Positions 57,401 to 64,000 of a stretch of DNA of 64,000 bases are shown piece by piece. The notes beneath the pieces were generated by a model. It had not been told where the DNA came from and ran no database searches. It saw only the letters and a list, made by a program, of their open reading frames with translations. The stretch lies in the sequence record MT708547.1; one strand, 5' to 3'. A program made the position numbers and the translations under genes. Within the stretch, counting starts at the first letter, position 1. Every line of letters starts with the position of its first letter.

Positions 57401-57714
57401 TGAAATACAAATGTACGGTGTATAAAGAAGGAATTGTATTCATTGAAGTCTATGTAGATGATGATATTTGGTTTGAAGTTGATGAATGTTTTGATACAAA
57501 TGTATACGTATCAAAAAATGGATATATCTATGAATATAATTTAAATCACGATTTTGGTTCAATGCAAGATGATGAACTATTTCAAATGAGTACTGTAATT
57601 TCTATTCCTTTTGATTTAAAAATCATTAGAGAAGCCCATAAACAATTCAGTACTATTATAAAAGAAAATTCATCATTATTGTATCATTATATTTTAGTAA
57701 CAGAGGACGAATAA
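57400..57714 (+). CDS. hypothetical protein, FQxS family
   Basis: QDDELFQMSTVISI. Confidence 0.7.
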   Translation: MKYKCTVYKEGIVFIEVYVDDDIWFEVDECFDTNVYVSKNGYIYEYNLNHDFGSMQDDELFQMSTVISIPFDLKIIREAHKQFSTIIKENSSLLYHYILVTEDE

Positions 57715-57844
57715 TGAAACCAGAACAATGGATCATCGATGATATGCGTGCTATGCGTAAGATTGAAAATAAATCATACGAAGAACAAGCATACTTAGAT
57801 CTTCTTCAATGGTATGTAAAAGTAATTCAATCTAAGGAATAATT

Positions 57845-60607
57845 ATGTTAGACTTTATGCTAAAAAGTGAACTATCACATACTATTGGGTATAGTATTGC
57901 AGTACTAATCGTATTCAGCTTTCTGTTTGAAAAAATCAATTGGCTATTCAAAACCAATATCTATAAAAAGTATTATAAAGTTAAAAGTTTTGACAGACAA
58001 TTCTTTTTGGGTATAATGTATACATTAACATTATATTGTAGTGTATTTGAAATTGGATTTGTACTGGCTGATTTACCATTTACTTTGTACTTTTTATTGT
58101 ATACAGTCTTTGTTATACCATTTTCTTTGTATATTTTTTGTACTAAAGTGTTCGATAAAATTATTGAATTCCGAAATAAACTACCAGACTGATATGGAGT
58201 AATATAAATGATTGAGTTTATATTCAAAAGTGATTTCGCATATAGTGTTGGGTATTGTATCTTTATTGCTATTATTTTTAATTACTTATTTGAGAAAATT
58301 AATTATTTTTTTAAGACTAATATTCACAAAAAGTATTATACAAACAAGAGCAGTAAAAGAAAAAACATTGAATTCACTCTGTATATTAGTACTATATATC
58401 TGGTAACAATTGAACTTCCTTCAGTACTAACTGATAAAAATGTAACAATGCTATTTTGTGTATATAGTGTAGTGATTATCTTCTTTTGTGTATATTATAC
58501 AATCAAAGCATTGAATCAAAAATTAACTGAATTCCATAATAAACTACCGGATTAATTAAAAATGAATGAATTTCTACGAAGTGAACTATTGTGCTCAGTA
58601 CTACAATGCTTTTTGTTGTTATTCATTGTGTACCATTTGTATATTTTAGTACTATGGTACTTTAAACGTAAATCGTATTTGACATTATGGCAAAACAATA
58701 AGTTAGCAGTTCCATTTCTTACTACTACAACAATAGCTTATGCTCTTTCCGGGATTTTCCTGTTTCCAGTAGATGATCCTGTAATGCAAGAAAGTGGGAT
58801 AGCAATTGCTAATCTTATTAGATCACTGTTCATTAGTGCATGGTTTTTCTTTGTATTAATCAGGTACTTAGTGCGTTTACGTACTAAAATCGAAGGGGCA
58901 TTCTAAAATGCTGGAGTACATTAATCTGTTTGATACATCATTTGTTATAGTTAGTACTTATTATATTTGTAGTACTATTTTTTACTTTCTGATGTGGTTC
59001 TTTAAACGTAAACTGGATAACTTCATTAAGCAATATTCGTTACAACTGGCATTACAATTGTATTACTGGATTGGATTTGGTTTAATGTATTTGCATTACT
59101 ATTTTGTATTATATAATATCCGTGAAAATAATACATTTATGCTTTATATGCTACAAATTATCGGTACTACAATCTATGTAGGTTATCTAATGTCGATTGT
59201 ATTGTCAAAATTAAGAAACAAAATCCCTGATATGAGGAATTAAAAAATGACATATATTTTTATTGCATTAGCAATGTATTACTGGATTTCGTGGACTGGA
59301 TATCTCTTTGCATTGAAATCTTTTGATTATTTCAGTGCTTCCTGTAAAGAAAGTTGGGGGTGGCATGTATTAGCAACTTCGTCAGTAACATACTGTGCTT
59401 ATGAAAGTATTACAGATAAAACATTCAATGATATAGTATTAAGTACAGTACTGATGTATTTGTGGGTGTTTGCATTTATTGTTCATATTTCACCTTTAAT
59501 TAGAGATAAAATTGTAAAATTTCATAATAAACAAAAGGAAAAACGTGCATGATCCTTACATTAAATTTACTGACATTTTTTAGTGTATTAACGTGTTTAA
59601 TCTTTATTGGAAAATTCTTTTGTGTTAAAATAGCAGAGAAGATTTATGATTCATGGGAAAATGAAATGGCTTTATGGGTTCCTATATTCTGGACTGGCAG
59701 TAATGTATTTTTAATTCCAGCCTGGATTGGTGCAACAAAGGAAATCGTCCCACTTTTTTTATTCAGTGCAGTATTCAGTGCTGGTTTTTGTTTAATGTAT
59801 GGGGTATTTGCATTGATTGTTGCATTAGTACCTGCATTAAAGAATCTGCATGTAAAAATTAAACTCAAGAAATCACAGGGTAAATTATGACTTACAGAGA
59901 TTATTTTTGTATATTCGAATTACTGGTTTTTACTTCAGGTAGTTTAGTATTATTATTGTATTATTTTTGTGTTGAGCCTTTTTACAAATTATTAAAACCA
60001 AAAACTGAAATGGGTGTATTTTGTTTATTTCAGTTTATGTATTACTATTTTCTGTCTATTCTTTCTGTTGTTGTAGAAGTAATTTTCGGAGGATTTGTTA
60101 ATGCAGACAAAATGCCGTCATACGAGTTGTTTACAATCTTCAATGTACTTATGATTGCTTTAATTGTGTTCGTTTCAATTCTTGCTGGAATTTACAAATT
60201 TTTTGTATTCCTTGGTAACAAACACAATGATATAGTACTAAAACGAAAAGGAACACTGACAGATGAACGTAATTGAAATAATTGTAGTTGCATACCACAT
60301 TTTAGCAGTACTTCTTATTTTATCTGTTCTCGTGGATTATGCATTAGGATTTGATAAGCTTAAATTTGTATATCAGTACTTTGATGATAATTTCGATAGT
60401 GATAATCCGGTACATGTATTTCTTGGATTAGAATTCATGTGTTTAATTCTTGTACTGTTTATCCCTATTATCGGTACAGGAGCATCTCTTTTCTTTATTA
60501 CTGCAATTACATTATTGTACTTCGTAGTAATAGTTCTCATTTTAGTACTGTATTCTGTTGCGTATGGAATAGAAACAATTAGAAATAAACGCCTGTCAAA
60601 AAAATAA
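57845..60607 (+). CDS. tandem array of eight small multi-pass membrane proteins (57845-58192, 58208-58555, 58562-58906, 58908-59243, 59247-59552, 59549-59890, 59887-60276, 60263-60607)
   Basis: Each 101-129 aa with about three hydrophobic helices; the first two are clear paralogs (LFEKINxxFKTNIxKKYY...EFxNKLPD). Confidence 0.8.
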
Positions 60608-60664
60608 AAAATAATTCCTGAACTTGACAATGCGGGATTTTTTATAAAATAATAGAGGCACAAA

Positions 60665-61252
60665 ATGAAACGCATAACTCGCAGCAAAAATGTGATCAGG
60701 GATAGATTTCGCAAGGTAAACATTATTAAGTACAGTACTATTGCATTAGCATTAAGTACTACATTCGTATTATCTGCTTGTGATGAACCGACTGACGTTC
60801 AAGTATATAAAACACTTGAACAATGCAAAACTTCTGGAAAAAATCCAGCACAATGCGAAGAAGATTACAAAAATGCCCTGAAACAAAGTGTCAGTACTGC
60901 ACCGCATTACAAATCACAAAGTGAATGCTATGCAGACTTCGATACAGTTTGTCAGGAAGGTCATTACAGTACTGGTGGTATGTTCTTCTATCCAATGATG
61001 ACGGGATTTCATAGTTCAGGTCAAGGATATCATTCACAACCTTTATATAGTCATAAAGGTAATTACGTTGATGCTGGTGGAAACAATTACGGTTCAACTT
61101 TTAGTACTACCACTAACAGAACTGTACCAAGATCCGGTCTAACACAAAAAGCACCAACCAGCACTATCACAAGAAGTGGATTTGGTAGTACTGTTTCAAG
61201 TCGTAGCTTTTCAAGTTCTCATAGTTCATCAAGCCATTCATTTGGTGGTTAA
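60665..61252 (+). CDS. DUF1190 (YgiB/YjfM-like) lipoprotein
   Basis: LSACDE lipobox; VYKTLEQC...CEEDYKNA...APHYKSQSECYADF; TITRSGFGSTV. Confidence 0.85.
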   Translation: MKRITRSKNVIRDRFRKVNIIKYSTIALALSTTFVLSACDEPTDVQVYKTLEQCKTSGKNPAQCEEDYKNALKQSVSTAPHYKSQSECYADFDTVCQEGHYSTGGMFFYPMMTGFHSSGQGYHSQPLYSHKGNYVDAGGNNYGSTFSTTTNRTVPRSGLTQKAPTSTITRSGFGSTVSSRSFSSSHSSSSHSFGG

Positions 61253-61269
61253 ACAATAAAGGAAAATAA

Positions 61270-61902
61270 ATGAAATATTCAAGCCTGAATCTTTATAATA
61301 ATCCAGCAGTCGCTACTCATGCAATCACTGGTAGTATCAATGATTCTTCTTATAAAGAATTCCGTGAGTTCATCAAGGCAGTACTGGAAAATAATCAAAA
61401 AATCGCCGACGAAGAACGTATTCATAAAGAAAAGGAAGAATTTAATAAAATTCATAACCCAGAAGCTAAACCCGAATTCTTTAGCCCTAAAACTAAAGTA
61501 CAACGTATTAATCTTATCGTAGATTCATATGGCGGTCAATGTTCTTCTATGACCAGTATTGTTGCACTAATGAATAGTTCTCCTATTCCTATTGATACAT
61601 ATTGCTTCGGTGCTGCCATGTCAGCAGGATTTATGATTTTTATTCATGGAAAAAATCGTTATGTAGGTAATGCAGCAGACCTTATGATGCATAGTTTAAG
61701 TACTGGTGTATATGATCACGCACCTGGTATTAAATCAAAAGCTGAACATCTGCTGAAAATCAATACAGTCTATCAACAAATGGTAGCAAATAAAACTGGC
61801 CTTACAATGGAATGGCTTAAAGAGCACGAAGAAAAGGATATGCACTTCCTTGCAGATGATTGTATTGAATACAAAATTGCAGATGCAATCATTGAGGAAT
61901 AA
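61270..61902 (+). CDS. clpP: ClpP-like protease subunit
   Basis: INLIVDSYGG; CFGAAMSAG (catalytic Ser); LMMH (catalytic His). Confidence 0.85.
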   Translation: MKYSSLNLYNNPAVATHAITGSINDSSYKEFREFIKAVLENNQKIADEERIHKEKEEFNKIHNPEAKPEFFSPKTKVQRINLIVDSYGGQCSSMTSIVALMNSSPIPIDTYCFGAAMSAGFMIFIHGKNRYVGNAADLMMHSLSTGVYDHAPGIKSKAEHLLKINTVYQQMVANKTGLTMEWLKEHEEKDMHFLADDCIEYKIADAIIEE

Positions 61903-61905
61903 TAT

Positions 61906-62511
61906 ATGACAATATTATTCAGTACTAAAGATCCGGTAGGCGATTCTAGTAATGTAGTTAGTAACTTCTACAATCATGTTCGTCGTAAGACACATCATGG
62001 TTCATGGGGTGCTGATAAACATGCACGTAAGCTATTCCCGAGGGGAAAAGCGTATGATCGTCTGTTTGAATTACAATTGGATTGTTGGAAAAACCGCTAC
62101 GATTATTTCTAAGAGAATACTATGACTACACAACTAACCGATGATGGTCCGATTACTGTACAAGTACTGTTTTCTTTTGTACAAGCTACCAAAGATGAAC
62201 TACCAGCACTCTTTGTTTGCACTGCGGAGTACTTAGAAGCTAACGAAGAGACTGACAATGACATTACGCCAGATCAATTCCATGATATCTTTGAAGCTGG
62301 TGAACCAAAAGATGAAGATGATTGCATCTTCTACTACGTCAAAGGTTCTACACGCTTCCGCTTCTATGACATGGGCTATGGTACATGGGGAATTGAAGAA
62401 TTGAAAGATGGTGAGTATGATTGCGTAGGTGCGGTTGATGAGAAAGCATTGATGGCTCTACTCGGACAAGCTGGCCTCGTAAAAGATGATTCATTGATCC
62501 AGTACTTCTAA
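61906..62511 (+). CDS. hypothetical ORFs 61906-62112 and 62122-62511 (very acidic)
   Basis: Ribosome-binding sites; the second is D/E-rich and visibly higher in GC. Confidence 0.7.
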
Positions 62512-62514
62512 AAT

Positions 62515-62550
62515 AAAGGGTTGACTTCGGTCAGCCTTTTTTGTTATTAT
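62515..62550 (+). promoter_or_regulatory. terminator/promoter hairpin cassette 13
   Basis: AAAGGGTTGAC-TTCG-GTCAGCCTTTTTT; TTGACT-18-TATTAT. Confidence 0.8.
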
Positions 62551-62580
62551 AACAGTACTATATCAAAGAGGTAATTAATA

Positions 62581-63180
62581 ATGAAAAAAGTCAAAAAATT
62601 ATACAAAGATTGGTACAACAAAATTAAACAACAACATTTAACAAAAAAACGTAACCCACAATATACCTATGTGTTTAACTGGACTTTCAAATCTTCTGAT
62701 AGTATGAAAAAGATTAAACCAGGTGATACATTCAAAACTGCTAAAGTACTAAAAGTATTTCTCAGAGCCAATAATATCTATCTCAATGAAGTAGGATGGA
62801 ATAATAGAGGGAAAATTACCTGCACTAATAAAATTAAATCAGCTACCTTTGATGTATATATTAAAGATATTCCGTGCTCAATTATGATAACCTTTGCCGG
62901 AGTATCTATAATCACCAATTATCATAAACATAAAAAAAATAATACATTAGAAAATTGTATTGCATATCATGCACCTAATGATATCTTTATACACAATTAC
63001 CAAAAACATAAAGAATTAAACATCGATTACAATAACTTAACAGAAGAAGAAATATTTCAACTAAGTACAGTACTTGATATCGATTTCTATAAAACCATCA
63101 AAAATATAGGAACAGAACTGTACAACACACAAAACCTAAACTGCAATAAACTCGTAGCAGTACTAAACAAATACAAATAA
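62581..63180 (+). CDS. hypothetical protein, FQxS family
   Basis: YNNLTEEEIFQLSTVLDI. Confidence 0.8.
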   Translation: MKKVKKLYKDWYNKIKQQHLTKKRNPQYTYVFNWTFKSSDSMKKIKPGDTFKTAKVLKVFLRANNIYLNEVGWNNRGKITCTNKIKSATFDVYIKDIPCSIMITFAGVSIITNYHKHKKNNTLENCIAYHAPNDIFIHNYQKHKELNIDYNNLTEEEIFQLSTVLDIDFYKTIKNIGTELYNTQNLNCNKLVAVLNKYK

Positions 63181-63318
63181 AACCAATGAAGGATTTAAGT
63201 AAATGATCATCCAAATCAATAGTTATAAAACAAAAGAAGAACTGACCACCATTATCATTAAAGCTATTCAAAAAGGGGAAAGTTCAAAATTCCATTAGAT
63301 AAAACAAGCAATCGTAAT

Positions 63319-63756
63319 ATGGTTATTTCTCAAATTGATAAAGATTTTGATATCAATATATGCTATATGGAAGAAACCAGTACAGATATCATCTACTCAG
63401 GTACTGAATCATTTAAACCAGACCAAATCATTACAGCAGCGGATAATTGCGTCCAACGTTATTTCAGTACTGAACCAAATAAAACAATCAGAGAACAACA
63501 AAAATATAATACACGAAATATGCAAGAAGTAGAAAAACATAGTAAAAACTTCCCCGGTGGTATGACCGTTAAAGAATTAAAAGAATTAATTAAAGATTGG
63601 CCTGAAACCAATCAGTACGGAGAAGATACTTTAGTCTATATCAGTACTGAATCAGATACGGATTGTACTGTACATTCTTCGTGGTGTTCATCAGTAAGAA
63701 CAGATGATAACGGTGTACTTGTATATGATCTGACACTTGATACAGAACAAAGATAA
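63319..63756 (+). CDS. hypothetical protein
   Basis: 145-aa ORF, the last in the window. Confidence 0.65.
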   Translation: MVISQIDKDFDINICYMEETSTDIIYSGTESFKPDQIITAADNCVQRYFSTEPNKTIREQQKYNTRNMQEVEKHSKNFPGGMTVKELKELIKDWPETNQYGEDTLVYISTESDTDCTVHSSWCSSVRTDDNGVLVYDLTLDTEQR

Positions 63757-63764
63757 TTAAAAAG

Positions 63765-63804
63765 ACTCCCCGTAAAACGTGATCAAACGGATTCTACGGG
63801 GAGT
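63765..63804. terminator. GC-rich inverted repeat (terminator or DNA hairpin)
   Basis: ACTCCCCGTA-20 nt-TACGGGGAGT. Confidence 0.55.
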
Positions 63805-63857
63805 ATAATATATTGGACGATATGTCCATTATAATAGACGATTTAATGGATATAGGT

Positions 63858-63990
63858 GATTCAGTACTGATAATAATGAATAGGAATTGATAAGAATAGT
63901 ATAGTACTAATAATAATGAGTAGGAATTGATAAGAATGATTCAGTACTATTAAGAATGATTAAGTACTATTCAGTACTATTCAGTACTGA
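63858..63990. repeat. iteron-like tandem repeat with six AGTACT sites phased at multiples of 10 bp
   Basis: Units of 40, 40, 20, 10 and 10 nt; AGTACT starts at 63863, 63903, 63943, 63963, 63973, 63983. Confidence 0.85.
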
Positions 63991-64000
63991 TATGCCACTA

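Noticed and set aside
63858-63990. CRISPR array
   Set aside because: Units shrink from 40 to 10 nt with no unique spacers, and there are no cas genes.

Overview
AT-rich (about 30% GC by eye) segment of a large lytic tailed phage genome. Host is probably enterobacterial/gammaproteobacterial and the phage probably of the RaK2/GAP32/PBECO4-type jumbo myoviruses; this is inference from the gene content, sigma70-like early promoters and T4-like TATAAATA late boxes. Almost all genes are on the + strand, small and hypothetical. Recognisable genes: NADAR-like protein, Pth2-type peptidyl-tRNA hydrolase, C5-cytosine methyltransferase, two HNH endonucleases, HslV-like Ntn peptidase, sigma70-family factor, DksA/TraR zinc finger, NucA-type nuclease, DenV glycosylase, a minus-strand Zn-ribbon/DUF559-type endonuclease inserted in the 5' end of an AAA+ ATPase gene, a DUF1190 lipoprotein and a ClpP-like protease. 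The most unusual content is non-coding. (i) 15.5-21.6 kb is an RNA island with seven tRNAs, one of them an ileX-like tRNA(CAU) split by a 231-nt group I intron. It also holds several repeated structured RNAs with covarying stems. (ii) tRNA-shaped RNAs with broken anticodon arms occur at 21.6 and 34.7-36.4 kb. (iii) A 650-nt structured, ORF-free region follows the sigma gene. (iv) There are 13 fused terminator/promoter hairpin cassettes. (v) The palindrome AGTACT is strongly over-represented and ends in a 10-bp-phased array at the right edge. A 17-member paralog family shares a C-terminal EExxFQxSTxxD motif. No CRISPR array, integrase, reverse transcriptase or rRNA was seen. Function calls come from motif recognition and all structures were paired by hand; no database search was run.
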